Assembly: GCF_034670285.1 (NCBI RefSeq)
Contig: NZ_JAXMNS010000001.1
Span: 1 to 46,329, forward strand
Direction of reading: 5' to 3'
DNA length: 46,329 nucleotides
From: Nocardioides sp.
GTDB lineage: Bacteria; Actinomycetota; Actinomycetes; Propionibacteriales; Nocardioidaceae
This document shows positions 37,444 through 46,329 of the stretch, one piece after another. Below the pieces are notes generated by a model. That model ran no database searches and was not told the origin of the DNA. It was given only the letters and a program-made list of their open reading frames with translations. Position numbers and translations under genes: made by a program. Position 1 is the first letter of the stretch. Each line of letters opens with the position of its first letter.

Positions 37444-38745
37444 ATGGCCAGCATTGAAAGGCGCCTGCGCGACGGGCAGTCGACCTGGCGCGCGCACTAC
37501 CGCACCCCGTCGGGCGCCCAACGCAACAAGACGTTCCCCCGCAAGGTCGACGCCGAGCGGTTCCTCGCCGGCGTCGAGCACTCGAAGACGGCAGGCTCCT
37601 ACGTCGACCCCGCACTGTCGCGAGTCACGCTAGGGGCCTGGGCAGAGCGCTGGCTCGCCGGGCAGGCGCACATCAAGCCCACGACGCACGCGCGCTACGC
37701 AGGCATCATTCGCAAGCACATCCACCCGACCTGGGGGCATCTGAGCCTCGCCAGCGTTGCGCACGCCGACGTGCAGGCCTGGGTCACGGAGCTGACACGG
37801 GAGCACTCCCCCGCGACTGTCCAGAAGATCCACCGGGTCCTGTCCCAGGTGCTCGACCTGGCCGTGAAGGACGGGAGGCTGGCGCGCAACGTCGCGACCG
37901 GGGTGAACCTGCCTCGCGTCACCAAGCACGAACGTCTCTACCTCAGCCACGAACAGGTCGAGGACCTCGCCCACGAATGCGGATCCCCGTCGGAGCCGAG
38001 CAAGCACGCGACCTACGACACCCGCACCAACACGACGTACCGGCTCGTCGTGCTGTTCCTCGCCTACACCGGAGTCCGATTCGGTGAGATGGCAGCGTTG
38101 AAGGTCGCGCGACTCGACCTGCAGCGCAACCGGGCCGTGGTTGCCGAGTCCGTGACGCCCATCGCCGGTCAGGGAATGGTCTGGGGTACGCCGAAGACCC
38201 ACCAACGCCGAGAGGTCCCGATCCCGACGTTCCTCGCCATCGAGCTCGCCGCTCACGTTGCCGGCGCTTCCCCCGATGCCCTGGTGTTCGCGAGCATCCG
38301 CACCGGCGAGCCGCTGCGGGTCAGCACCTTCCGCCAGACCTTCGGCGTGGCGGCCACCACGATCGGACTACCGGACCTTCACCCGCACGAGCTGCGCCAC
38401 ACCGCGGCGAGCCTGGCCATCGCCTCCGGCGCGGACGTGAAGGTCGTCCAGCAGATGCTCGGGCATGCCTCAGCAGCGATGACACTCGACACCTACGGGC
38501 ACCTTTTCGAGGACCGTCTCAACGAGGTCGGCGACGCTTTGGACGCCGCTCGTCGGGCCGCTCAGGAGCGTCGGGCAACGCGTAGCGCTCTTTCTGCTGT
38601 TGCCCCAGTGTTGCCCGAGCCCGATTCGGGCGAAATAGCCGAAGGGGCCCTGCCCTGCGTTTCCGCAGGTCAGGACCCCTTTTCGGACCTGTACCCCCGA
38701 CCGGATTCGAACCGGCGCTACCGCCGTGAGAGGGCGGCGTGCTAG
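37444..38745 (+). CDS. Tyrosine recombinase/integrase
   Basis: AYTGVRFGE, HELRHT, LGH, TLDTYGH catalytic residues; the ORF runs into the antisense strand of tRNA-Glu. Confidence 0.95.
   Translation: MASIERRLRDGQSTWRAHYRTPSGAQRNKTFPRKVDAERFLAGVEHSKTAGSYVDPALSRVTLGAWAERWLAGQAHIKPTTHARYAGIIRKHIHPTWGHLSLASVAHADVQAWVTELTREHSPATVQKIHRVLSQVLDLAVKDGRLARNVATGVNLPRVTKHERLYLSHEQVEDLAHECGSPSEPSKHATYDTRTNTTYRLVVLFLAYTGVRFGEMAALKVARLDLQRNRAVVAESVTPIAGQGMVWGTPKTHQRREVPIPTFLAIELAAHVAGASPDALVFASIRTGEPLRVSTFRQTFGVAATTIGLPDLHPHELRHTAASLAIASGADVKVVQQMLGHASAAMTLDTYGHLFEDRLNEVGDALDAARRAAQERRATRSALSAVAPVLPEPDSGEIAEGALPCVSAGQDPFSDLYPRPDSNRRYRRERAAC
38598..38616. repeat. Candidate integrase arm-type sites
   Basis: TGTTGCCC at 38598 and 38609 (11-bp spacing), about 75-95 bp from the tRNA 3' end. 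Confidence 0.5.
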
Positions 38746-38764
38746 GCCGCTACACAACGGGGGC
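38692..38764 (-). tRNA. tRNA-Glu (CTC)
   Basis: GCCCCCG acceptor stem, CCGCC-CTCTCAC-GGCGG anticodon arm, GCCGG-TTCGAAT-CCGGT T-arm; CCA not encoded. Confidence 0.97.
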
Positions 38765-38848
38765 CTGAACAACCTGGTGAAGCCTAGCCACAGCTGGTGC
38801 TTCACCACAAATCGCGAGCCCTGCTTGAAGATCAGGACCTGCAACTCG

Positions 38849-38920
38849 CTGGGATACTAGGACTCGAACCTAGAATAACTGGACCAGAACCAGTCGTGTT
38901 GCCAATTACACCATATCCCA
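38849..38920 (-). tRNA. tRNA-Gln (CTG)
   Basis: TGGGATA acceptor stem, ACTGG-TTCTGGT-CCAGT anticodon arm, CTAGG-TTCGAGT-CCTAG T-arm. Confidence 0.97.
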
Positions 38921-38972
38921 ATGCGGCCGATTTCTGACTGCCCGAAGGCGCCAGGACGACCGGAAAGAAACA

Positions 38973-40034
38973 CTACACGCGCCCTCCGGTGGGCTCCAAA
39001 ACGCCCGGGGTCGTTCGCGTCCGAATGCCCATCCTGCGGGCCACGTAGATGGACAGCGCCACGAAGATCGCCGACTTCACGAGCGAGATCGCGACGTCCC
39101 ACCAGCCGCCCCCGCTGGCGTTGAGCGCCTCGGTCATGTCACCGAAGAAGAGCGCGAAGCCGAAGGCCAGCAGGTTGTTGAGGACGTGGTAGGCGATGGC
39201 GGCCTCGAGACCGCCCGTGGCGATCACCAGGATCCCGGCCGCGACACCGAAGGCGAACCGGTCGGTGAACACCGCGAAGCCCTGGCCGGCACCGTGCGCG
39301 ACGGCGAAGAGCAGCGCCGGCCCGAGGACGGCGAGGAAGCGGGCGACCTGCGCGTTGCGCAGCAGTCCCCCGAACGCCTGCGTGAGGTAGCCCCGGAAGA
39401 CGTACTCCTCCGCGACGGCCTGGAGCGGGGTCATCAGCACGATCACCAGCAGGAAGTCGCGCGTGACGTCGGTGAAGGCGTTGATGCCTCCCGAGACGTC
39501 CTCGCTCTCGCTCGCCCCCGGCAGGAGCGCCCCCAGCACGAGGGCGATGAACAGCGTCAGCAGCGACACCCCGAACGACGCCAGCAGCCACCGCCAACGG
39601 ATGCGCGGCGCGACCGAGGCCAACCACCGCGGTCGCACTCCGTGCAGCACGCGGGCGCAGAACCACGCCGACGGGATGCCCAGGATGAGCACCGCGTTGA
39701 GGAAGAGCAGCACCGACGGCGTCACGTCGTCGGTGCTCGCCAGCGCCGCCACCCGGTCGCCCAGCTCGCCCAGGGGCGTGCCGGTGGCCAGGAGCAGCAC
39801 GATGGCTCCGGCGAGCACCACGACCGCGCCCACCACGAAGAAGAGGAGGAGCGAGGTGAGGATGCCGCCGACGTACCAGCCCCAGCCCTGACGGCCGGCG
39901 CGGTAGATCCGGTGGTACTCGTAGCCCTGCGTGACCTCTGGCGCCGTGGCTGCCGGCTCTGGGGGCCCCCACGGCTGCGCAGGGGTGACGGGCTCCCCCG
40001 TCGGGGGCGGGTAGTACGGGTTCTGGTCGACCAC
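38973..40034 (-). CDS. CPBP/Abi-family intramembrane metalloprotease
   Basis: EEYVFRG, FAVAH and HVLNN motifs; multiple TM segments. Confidence 0.9.
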   Translation of the reverse strand: MVDQNPYYPPPTGEPVTPAQPWGPPEPAATAPEVTQGYEYHRIYRAGRQGWGWYVGGILTSLLLFFVVGAVVVLAGAIVLLLATGTPLGELGDRVAALASTDDVTPSVLLFLNAVLILGIPSAWFCARVLHGVRPRWLASVAPRIRWRWLLASFGVSLLTLFIALVLGALLPGASESEDVSGGINAFTDVTRDFLLVIVLMTPLQAVAEEYVFRGYLTQAFGGLLRNAQVARFLAVLGPALLFAVAHGAGQGFAVFTDRFAFGVAAGILVIATGGLEAAIAYHVLNNLLAFGFALFFGDMTEALNASGGGWWDVAISLVKSAIFVALSIYVARRMGIRTRTTPGVLEPTGGRV

Positions 40035-40036
40035 GC

Positions 40037-41536
40037 TCAGCCGTTCAGCGCCCGTCCGAGACGCGACAGGCTGCGCTCACGGCCCAGGAGCTCCATCGAC
40101 TCGAAGAGCGGCGGGGAGATCCGCTTGCCGGTGATCGCCACGCGCACGGCGCCGTAGGCGACGCGCGGCTTGAGTCCACGCTCGTCGACCAGCGCCGTCT
40201 GGAGGGCGGCCTGGATGGCGTCGGTCGACCACTCGGAGAGGTCGGCGACGGCGTCCAGCGAGGCCTGCACGATCTCGCGACCGGCCTCGTCGAGCAGCTT
40301 GGCGGCGTCGGCCTCGTCGAGGACGAAGTCGGCCTCGTCGACGAAGAGGAAGCCGAGCATGTCGGGAGCCTCGGCGAGCTTGTTGATGCGCTCGGCGATC
40401 AGCGGCATCGCGAGCTCGAGCAGCTGGGCGTCGGCGTCGGTGACGGGGTCGCTGACGACACCTGCCTCCTTGAGGAAGGGCAGCACCCGGTGCGACACCT
40501 CCTCGAGCGACAGCAGCCGCATCTGGGAGGTGTTGATGGCGTCGGCCTTCTTGAGGTCGAAGCGCGCCGGATTGGGGTTGACGTCGCCGATGTCGAAGGC
40601 GCCGACCATCTCCTCGAGGGAGAAGATGTCGCGGTCACCGGAGATCGACCAGCCGAGCAGCGCGAGGTAGTTCAGCAGACCCTCGGGGATGAAGCCCGCG
40701 CGACGGTAGCCGAGCGCGTCGGCCTCGGGGTCGCGCTTGGAGAGCTTTTTGTTGCCCTGGCCCATGACGTAGGGCAGGTGACCGAACTGCGGCGCACCCG
40801 AACCGATGCCGACCTCGGCGAGGGCAGCGTACAGCGGGATCTGGCGAGGGGTGCTGGAGAGCAGGTCCTCGCCGCGCAGCACGTGGGTGATCTCCATCAG
40901 CGCGTCGTCGACGGGGTTGACCAGCGGGTAGAGCGGGTCACCGTTGGCGCGCGCGAGCGCGTAGTCGGGCACGTCGCGGCTGTCGAACTTCACCTGGCCG
41001 CGCACGAGGTCGTCGAAGACGATCGGGCCGTCAGGCATCGTGAAGCGGGTGACCGCGGCGCGGCCCTCCGCCTCGAAGGCGGCCTTCTGCTCGTCGCTGA
41101 TCGTGCGGCAGAACCGGTCGTAGCCCTGGCGCTTGGAGCCGGCGGCCTGGTGGCGCGCGGTGACCTCGTCGGTCGTGCAGTAGCAGGGGTAGGTGTAGCC
41201 GGCCTCGGTCAGGCGCGCGAGCGCGTCGCGGTAGAGGTCGCCGCGCTCGGACTGCTTGTACGGCGCGTAGGGGCCGCCGACACCGGGGCCCTCGTCCCAG
41301 TCGAGCCCGAGCCAGCGGAAGAGGTCGAGCAGCCCGGCGTAGGACTCCTCGGTGTTGCGGGCGGTGTCGGTGTCCTCGATGCGGAAGACGAAGGTGCCGC
41401 CGTGGTGACGCGCGAAGGCCCAGTTGAACAGGGCGGTGCGGACCAGGCCGACGTGCGGGCTGCCCGTCGGGCTCGGCGCCATGCGCACGCGCACCGTCGG
41501 GTCGGGGGTGCTGTGGGTGCTGGCGGGGGTCTTCAA
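40037..41536 (-). CDS. gltX: Glutamate--tRNA ligase
   Basis: RMAPSPTGSPHVG (HIGH-type motif), FRIEDTD, THVLRGEDL, KLSKR. Confidence 0.97.
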   Translation of the reverse strand: MKTPASTHSTPDPTVRVRMAPSPTGSPHVGLVRTALFNWAFARHHGGTFVFRIEDTDTARNTEESYAGLLDLFRWLGLDWDEGPGVGGPYAPYKQSERGDLYRDALARLTEAGYTYPCYCTTDEVTARHQAAGSKRQGYDRFCRTISDEQKAAFEAEGRAAVTRFTMPDGPIVFDDLVRGQVKFDSRDVPDYALARANGDPLYPLVNPVDDALMEITHVLRGEDLLSSTPRQIPLYAALAEVGIGSGAPQFGHLPYVMGQGNKKLSKRDPEADALGYRRAGFIPEGLLNYLALLGWSISGDRDIFSLEEMVGAFDIGDVNPNPARFDLKKADAINTSQMRLLSLEEVSHRVLPFLKEAGVVSDPVTDADAQLLELAMPLIAERINKLAEAPDMLGFLFVDEADFVLDEADAAKLLDEAGREIVQASLDAVADLSEWSTDAIQAALQTALVDERGLKPRVAYGAVRVAITGKRISPPLFESMELLGRERSLSRLGRALNG

Positions 41537-42342
41537 CGTCGTGCCACCTTGTTCGTGAGTGCTCCGAGACCGGCGATCGAGACCTCGACCTCGTCACCGA
41601 CCTGCATGGGACCGACACCCTCGGGGGTGCCGGTGAGGATGACGTCCCCGGGCAGGAGCGTCATCACGCTCGAGACGTAGGCGATCAGGGCCGGGATGTC
41701 GTAGATCATGTCGGCCGTCGAGCCGTCCTGGACGACCTCACCGTTGAGGTGGGTCTGGATCGCGACCCCGTCGGCGAAGTGCTGCGGGTCGAGGTCGGTC
41801 TCGATCCACGGCCCGAGGGGGCAGAAGGAGTCGAAGCCCTTCGCACGGGAGAACTGGCCGTCAGCCTTCTGCAGGTCGCGCGCCGTGACGTCGTTGCCGA
41901 TCGTGTAGCCGTAGATCACGTCGGTGGCCTGCTCGGGCGGCACGTCGCGGCAGATCCGCCCGATCACCACGGCCAGCTCGCCCTCGTAGTGCAGGTCCTG
42001 GGTCTGGGTCGGATAGAAGATCGGGTCACCGGGGCCCGCGACCGAGGTGTTGGGCTTGAGGAACATCAGCGGCTCCTCCGGCACCTCGTTGCCCAGCTCG
42101 GCCGCGTGCGCGGCGTAGTTGCGCCCGAAGCCGATCACCTTGCTGCGCGGCAGCACCGGTGCGAGCAGGCGCACGTCGGCCAGCTTGTGCTCCTGGTCGA
42201 GCAGCTTGAGCCCGACGTACATGGGGTCGCCGGCAAGGGCGACCAGGACGGCGTCCTCCTCCGGCTGTCCGAAGGCGTCAAGCTCTCCTGAGAGCACGCC
42301 ATAGCTGGGTTCGTCACCGGTGGTAAATCTCGCGATACGCAC
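41533..42342 (-). CDS. Fumarylacetoacetate hydrolase family protein
   Basis: GRNYAAHA, YEGELAVVIG, NDVTARD, GDVILTGTP; usual neighbour of gltX. Confidence 0.93.
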   Translation of the reverse strand: MRIARFTTGDEPSYGVLSGELDAFGQPEEDAVLVALAGDPMYVGLKLLDQEHKLADVRLLAPVLPRSKVIGFGRNYAAHAAELGNEVPEEPLMFLKPNTSVAGPGDPIFYPTQTQDLHYEGELAVVIGRICRDVPPEQATDVIYGYTIGNDVTARDLQKADGQFSRAKGFDSFCPLGPWIETDLDPQHFADGVAIQTHLNGEVVQDGSTADMIYDIPALIAYVSSVMTLLPGDVILTGTPEGVGPMQVGDEVEVSIAGLGALTNKVARR

Positions 42343-42452
42343 CCCCCGACCCTAGCGAGGGGCCCGAGTCGAGTGCGGAGTCCGGTCGCTCGGCCACCCG
42401 GGCCCTCCGCCGTCGGCTTGCCTCGCGACCTCGACGCAGGTTGGCTGCACCT

Positions 42453-43328
42453 ATGAGCGCGGTGGCGGTGGTGGGTCTCGACGAGGCCATCTGGCGAGGT
42501 CGGGCGACCGCACACGCCCAGCGGGTCGACGCGCTGCTGCGACCCCACCTCGAGCGTCGCAACGCGCAGGTCAAGCACCCGGTGCACGACTTCCTCTTCA
42601 CCTACTACGCCCAGCGGCCGGCGCAGCTGCGCCGCTGGCACCCCGGCGCGGGAGTCACGTTGGAGGGTGGCGCCGACGACTACGGCCCGCTCCGGGGCTA
42701 TGCCGTGTCCGGCGACGACGCTCACGTCGACCCGTCGTACATCGCCAAGCAGCAGCCGCTCGTCGTCGCGCTCCACCGGCTGCTCAAGGCCACGGCGTCG
42801 CGCCCGGCCCACACCGGCTGCTTCGGGCTGCACGAGTGGGCGATGGTCTATCGCCTCGCCGACGACGAGACCCGGCACGCCGACTGGCCGCTGCGGCTCG
42901 GCGGCGACGGCACCGACGCCGTGGTCGAGTCGCACCGGATCTCCTGCACGCACTTCGACGCGTTCCGGTTCTTCACCCCGCCGGCGCGCTCGCTCAACAC
43001 GCTCTCCCCCGAGCGCGACGACCGTGCCGACTTCGAGCAGCCCGGCTGTCTCCACGCGGGTATGGACCTTTACAAGCACGCCTTCCGGCTCACGCCGATG
43101 ATCAGCTCCGACCTGGTGGCCGACTGCTTCGAGCTGGCGCGCGAGATCCGCGAGCTCGACATGCGCGCGGCGCCGTACGACCTGGCCGACCTCGGCTTCG
43201 AGCCCGTGCGCATCGAGACCGCCGAGGGCAAGCGGGTCTACGCGGCCGCGCAGGCGGCGTTCGCCGAGCGCGGCGCTCCGCTGCGGGCGCGGCTGCGCGA
43301 GGAGTGCGAGTGGCTGCGCGTCCGCTGA
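42453..43328 (+). CDS. Conserved actinobacterial protein (often auto-labelled '3-methyladenine DNA glycosylase'; function unverified)
   Basis: HPVHDFLFTYY, CFGLHEWAMVY, CTHFDAFRFF, EQPGCLHAGMDLYK motifs. Confidence 0.75.
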   Translation: MSAVAVVGLDEAIWRGRATAHAQRVDALLRPHLERRNAQVKHPVHDFLFTYYAQRPAQLRRWHPGAGVTLEGGADDYGPLRGYAVSGDDAHVDPSYIAKQQPLVVALHRLLKATASRPAHTGCFGLHEWAMVYRLADDETRHADWPLRLGGDGTDAVVESHRISCTHFDAFRFFTPPARSLNTLSPERDDRADFEQPGCLHAGMDLYKHAFRLTPMISSDLVADCFELAREIRELDMRAAPYDLADLGFEPVRIETAEGKRVYAAAQAAFAERGAPLRARLREECEWLRVR

Positions 43329-43341
43329 CGCGGGGCTGGCG

Positions 43342-43425
43342 CCGAACTGCTGAACAAAGGCGCCCTCCGAGCACCGAGTCACGCGGGGAGCCGACGTCGC
43401 GGGGGCCGTTTGTTCAGCAGCTCGG
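43342..43425. repeat. Intergenic long hairpin (REP/MITE-like)
   Basis: CCGAACTGCTGAACAAA (43342-43358) pairs at 16 of 17 positions with TTTGTTCAGCAGCTCGG (43409-43425). Confidence 0.7.
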
Positions 43426-43442
43426 TCTGAAAGGGTGCCCTC

Positions 43443-44048
43443 ATGAGCGACCACGACGGGCAGCACGACGGGCAGACCGTCCGCAGCGAGGACTGGTACG
43501 GCGAGGACCTGGGCGCCTCGCGCTTCGTGAGCACCACCTTCATCGACGTGGACCTCAGCGAGATCACCACGAACGGCGCCTACTTCGAGGCCTGCACGTT
43601 CCGCAGCTGCCGCCTCAACTCCTCGACGCACCGGGCGTCGGCCTTCGTGGGCTGCACCTTCGAGGGCAGCAACCTCTTCGACCCCACCTGGGACGGGTGC
43701 AAGCTCACCGGCTCGACCTTCTCGCGCTGCACCATGCGGCCGATGACGGTGCGCGGCGGGCAGTGGCTGGGGGTCAGCCTGCGCGGCGCCGACCTCTCCA
43801 AGCTCGATCTCAGCGGCATCGACCTGCGCGAGGCCGATCTGTCCCTGGCGCGCCTCACCGACACCGTGCTGCGCGACGCCCGGCTCGGCCTGGCCACGAT
43901 GCGCCAGACCCACCTCGGCGGCACCGACCTCCGCGGCGCCGACCTGGACGGCGTCGACCTGTCCTCCGCCACGCTCAGCAGCACCCGGCTCGACCTGGCC
44001 GGCGCGGTCCTGCTGGCCGAGCTGCACGGGGCCGTGGTCGACCCCTGA
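43443..44048 (+). CDS. Pentapeptide-repeat protein (MfpA-like fold)
   Basis: Periodic repeats such as GADLS KLDLS GIDLR EADLS. Confidence 0.9.
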   Translation: MSDHDGQHDGQTVRSEDWYGEDLGASRFVSTTFIDVDLSEITTNGAYFEACTFRSCRLNSSTHRASAFVGCTFEGSNLFDPTWDGCKLTGSTFSRCTMRPMTVRGGQWLGVSLRGADLSKLDLSGIDLREADLSLARLTDTVLRDARLGLATMRQTHLGGTDLRGADLDGVDLSSATLSSTRLDLAGAVLLAELHGAVVDP

Positions 44049-44142
44049 GTGGCAACAGGTGGACCGCGCACCGCGCCGGCCCCGGTGATCGTCATACTGA
44101 TCAGCGAACCCCGCCGTGCCACACGCAACACCTGGAGTGCCG

Positions 44143-45213
44143 ATGACCACCTCGTTCGACCAGCTCGCCACCGCCATCCTCGAGGGCAAGCCCGCGACCG
44201 AGGACGACGCCCTGGCCGTGCTCCGCGCCCACGACGACGAGCTGCTCGACGTCGTCTCGGCCGCCGGCCGCCTGCGCCGCGAGCACTTCGGCAACACCGT
44301 CAAGGTCAACTACCTCGTCAACCTCAAGTCCGGGCTGTGCCCCGAGAACTGCAACTACTGCTCGCAGGCGCTCGGCTCGACGGCCGACATCCTCAAGTAC
44401 AAGTGGCTCAACACCGACGAGGCGCTCGAGCAGGCCGCTGCCGGCCTGCGCGGTGGCGCGACGCGCGTGTGCATGGTCTCCAGCGGCCGCGGTCCGACCA
44501 ACAAGGACGTCGACCGCGTCGCCGACATGGTGGGCAGCATCAAGGCCGAGAACCCCGGCGTCGAGATCTGCGCCTGCCTGGGACTCCTCAAGGACGGCCA
44601 GGCCGAGCGACTGCGTGACGCCGGCGTCGACGCCTACAACCACAACATCAACACCGCCGAGTCCCACCACGACAAGATCGTGCAGACCCACACCTACGCC
44701 GACCGCGTCGACACCGTGAGCAAGGCCAAGAGCGCGGGCCTGTCGCCGTGCAGCGGCCTGATCGCCGGTCTCGGCGAGACCGACGAGCAGCTCGTCGAGG
44801 CCCTCTTCGCGCTGCGCGAGATGGAGTCGGACTCGATCCCGGTCAACTTCCTGAGGCCCTTCGACGGCACCCCGTTCGAGAACACCTGGGAGCTCACCCC
44901 GGCCCGCTGCGTCAAGATCCTCGCGATGGCGCGCTTCGTGTGCCCCGACCGCGAGATCCGCATCGCCGGCGGCCGCGAGATGCACCTGCGCTCGCTGCAG
45001 GCGATGGCCCTGCACGTCGCGAACTCGATCTTCCTCGGCGACTACCTCACCTCCGAGGGCCAGGCCGCCGAGGCCGACCTCGAGCTGATCCGCGACAACG
45101 GCTTCGTCGTGCTCGGCTCCGAGGACGCCGCCGCGGGCGAGCCCACCGACGTCTCGCGCGACCCGGCGAAGCGACGTCGTGGCGCGGGCACCGCCGCAGT
45201 GCCCAACGCCTGA
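44143..45213 (+). CDS. bioB: Biotin synthase
   Basis: [10 protein letters not shown] radical-SAM motif, YNHNINT, IPVNFL, RIAGGRE. Confidence 0.96.
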   Translation: MTTSFDQLATAILEGKPATEDDALAVLRAHDDELLDVVSAAGRLRREHFGNTVKVNYLVNLKSGLCPENCNYCSQALGSTADILKYKWLNTDEALEQAAAGLRGGATRVCMVSSGRGPTNKDVDRVADMVGSIKAENPGVEICACLGLLKDGQAERLRDAGVDAYNHNINTAESHHDKIVQTHTYADRVDTVSKAKSAGLSPCSGLIAGLGETDEQLVEALFALREMESDSIPVNFLRPFDGTPFENTWELTPARCVKILAMARFVCPDREIRIAGGREMHLRSLQAMALHVANSIFLGDYLTSEGQAAEADLELIRDNGFVVLGSEDAAAGEPTDVSRDPAKRRRGAGTAAVPNA

Positions 45214-45226
45214 TTCGCAGCGCCTC

Positions 45227-46329
45227 GTGACCCCGCCGAACGCTGCGCTCCTCGCCTTCGACCGCGAGCACGTCTGGCACCCCTACACCTCCATGACCGA
45301 CCCGACCCCGGTCCGGATGGTCACCGGGGCGTCGGGCGTCAGGCTGAGGCTGGACGACGGCAGCGAGCTCATCGATGCGATGTCGTCGTGGTGGGCCGCC
45401 GTGCACGGCTACGGCCAGCCGTCGCTCGACGCCGCGGTGGCCTCGGTCGACTTCGCCCACGTGATGTTCGGCGGGCTGACCAACGCCCCGGCCGTGCGGC
45501 TGGCGCAGCGACTCGTCGAGATCACCCCGGACCCGCTCGAGCGGGTCTTCCTCGCCGACTCCGGATCGGTGTCGGTCGAGGTGGCGCTCAAGATGGCCCT
45601 GCAGTGGCAGCGCGGCGCCGGGCGACCGGGCCGCACCAAGATGCTCACCGTGCGCGGCGGCTACCACGGCGACACGTTCGGCGCGATGAGCGTGTGCGAC
45701 CCGGTGGGTGGCATGCACTCGATGTTCACCGATGTCCTGATGAGTCAGCACTTCGCGCCGCGACCGCCCGCCCCCGGCTCCACCGGACCGTCAGGGGTCG
45801 ACGCCTGGACCGCTGAGTTCCGGGACCTCGCCGCCGAGGTCGCCGACGAGGTGGCCGCGATCATCGTCGAGCCGCTCCTCCAGGGGGCCGGCGGCATGTG
45901 GGTCTACGACCCGCAGTGCCTGCGCGTCATGCGCGAGGTGGCCGACGAGCACGACTTCCTGCTGATCTTCGACGAGATCGCCACCGGCTTCGGTCGCACC
46001 GGCACCCTCTTCGCCGGCGAGGCCGGCGGCGTCGTCCCCGACCTCATGTGCCTGGGCAAGGCCCTGACCGGCGGCTACCTCTCGCTCGCCGCCGTGGTCT
46101 GCACCGACCGGGTCGCGCGGGGCATCTCGGGCTCGGAGTCGGGCGTGCTCATGCACGGTCCGACCTTCATGGGCAACGCCCTGGCGTGCACGGTCGCCCT
46201 GGCCAGCCTGGATCTGCTGATCAGCAACGACTGGTCCGCGCAGGTGGCCCGGGTCGGCGCTCGACTGGTGCACGGACTGACGCCGCTGCGCGACCTGCCG
46301 GGCGTCGTCGACGTCCGCACGATCGGCGC
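45227..46329 (+). CDS. bioA: Adenosylmethionine--8-amino-7-oxononanoate aminotransferase (runs off the window)
   Basis: Own translation from GTG 45227: FDREHVWHPYT, DAMSSWW, SGSVSVEVALK, YHGDT, DEIATGFGRTG, LGKALTGGY, HGPTFMGN. Confidence 0.93.
   Translation, partial: MTPPNAALLAFDREHVWHPYTSMTDPTPVRMVTGASGVRLRLDDGSELIDAMSSWWAAVHGYGQPSLDAAVASVDFAHVMFGGLTNAPAVRLAQRLVEITPDPLERVFLADSGSVSVEVALKMALQWQRGAGRPGRTKMLTVRGGYHGDTFGAMSVCDPVGGMHSMFTDVLMSQHFAPRPPAPGSTGPSGVDAWTAEFRDLAAEVADEVAAIIVEPLLQGAGGMWVYDPQCLRVMREVADEHDFLLIFDEIATGFGRTGTLFAGEAGGVVPDLMCLGKALTGGYLSLAAVVCTDRVARGISGSESGVLMHGPTFMGNALACTVALASLDLLISNDWSAQVARVGARLVHGLTPLRDLPGVVDVRTIG

Larger units (their letters stand above)
1..38691. mobile_element. 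Integrative mobilizable element / genomic island inserted at the tRNA-Glu 3' end (left end not seen)
   Basis: int-xis-relaxase abut the tRNA; cargo genes with IS debris and visibly more A/T at third codon positions than the gltX-bio genes. The left extent is an inference. Confidence 0.7.

Noticed and set aside
1-38690. Second att site (duplicate of the tRNA-Glu 3' end)
   Set aside because: No copy found by eye in the window; a short core could have been missed.
38775-38807. 9-bp inverted repeat between the two tRNAs as an ncRNA or att feature
   Set aside because: Consistent with an ordinary tRNA spacer hairpin; nothing further supports it.
43350-43417. BioQ operator (TGAAC-N3-GTTCA) for the bio genes
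   Set aside because: The half-sites are more than 50 nt apart, belong to a larger hairpin and are not directly upstream of bioB.
42135-44309. 724-aa minus-strand ORF and many other long overlapping ORFs
   Set aside because: Shadow ORFs of real genes, expected in high-GC DNA; no recognisable motifs.
1-46329. CRISPR array or intact anti-phage defence system
   Set aside because: No regularly spaced repeats and no cas or defence genes recognised.

Overview
High-GC actinobacterial DNA, most likely Nocardioides/Nocardioidaceae (inferred from protein and gene-order resemblance, not a search). The right ~7.5 kb is ordinary core chromosome: tRNA-Glu, tRNA-Gln, a CPBP protease, gltX, an FAH-family gene, a pentapeptide-repeat gene, bioB and partial bioA. 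Left of the tRNA-Glu 3' end (~38.69 kb) lies what looks like an integrative mobilizable element. Its backbone is a tyrosine integrase, an excisionase-like HTH and a MOBF relaxase-helicase, with no mating-pair genes in view. Its left boundary was not found and probably lies outside the window. The cargo is a hydrocarbon/lipid catabolic island: (i) an AraC-controlled fdx-CYP153A-fdr operon extended by an acyl-CoA ligase; (ii) a PucR-controlled 13-gene run yrbEA/B-mceA-F-2 mam-mceG-aldehyde dehydrogenase-SDR, in which mceC is frameshifted and reads through into mceD; (iii) a ChoD-like GMC oxidoreductase; (iv) a TetR-controlled BtrH-like/transglutaminase-like/thioesterase cassette; (v) a TetR-MmpL-P450 module. 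IS481, ISL3, acyl-CoA dehydrogenase and DUF6036-like remnants mark the module joints. Best candidate for an undescribed system: a mobile, self-energised Mce importer coupled to a complete CYP153 terminal alkane oxidation route. All family assignments come from motif recognition by eye.
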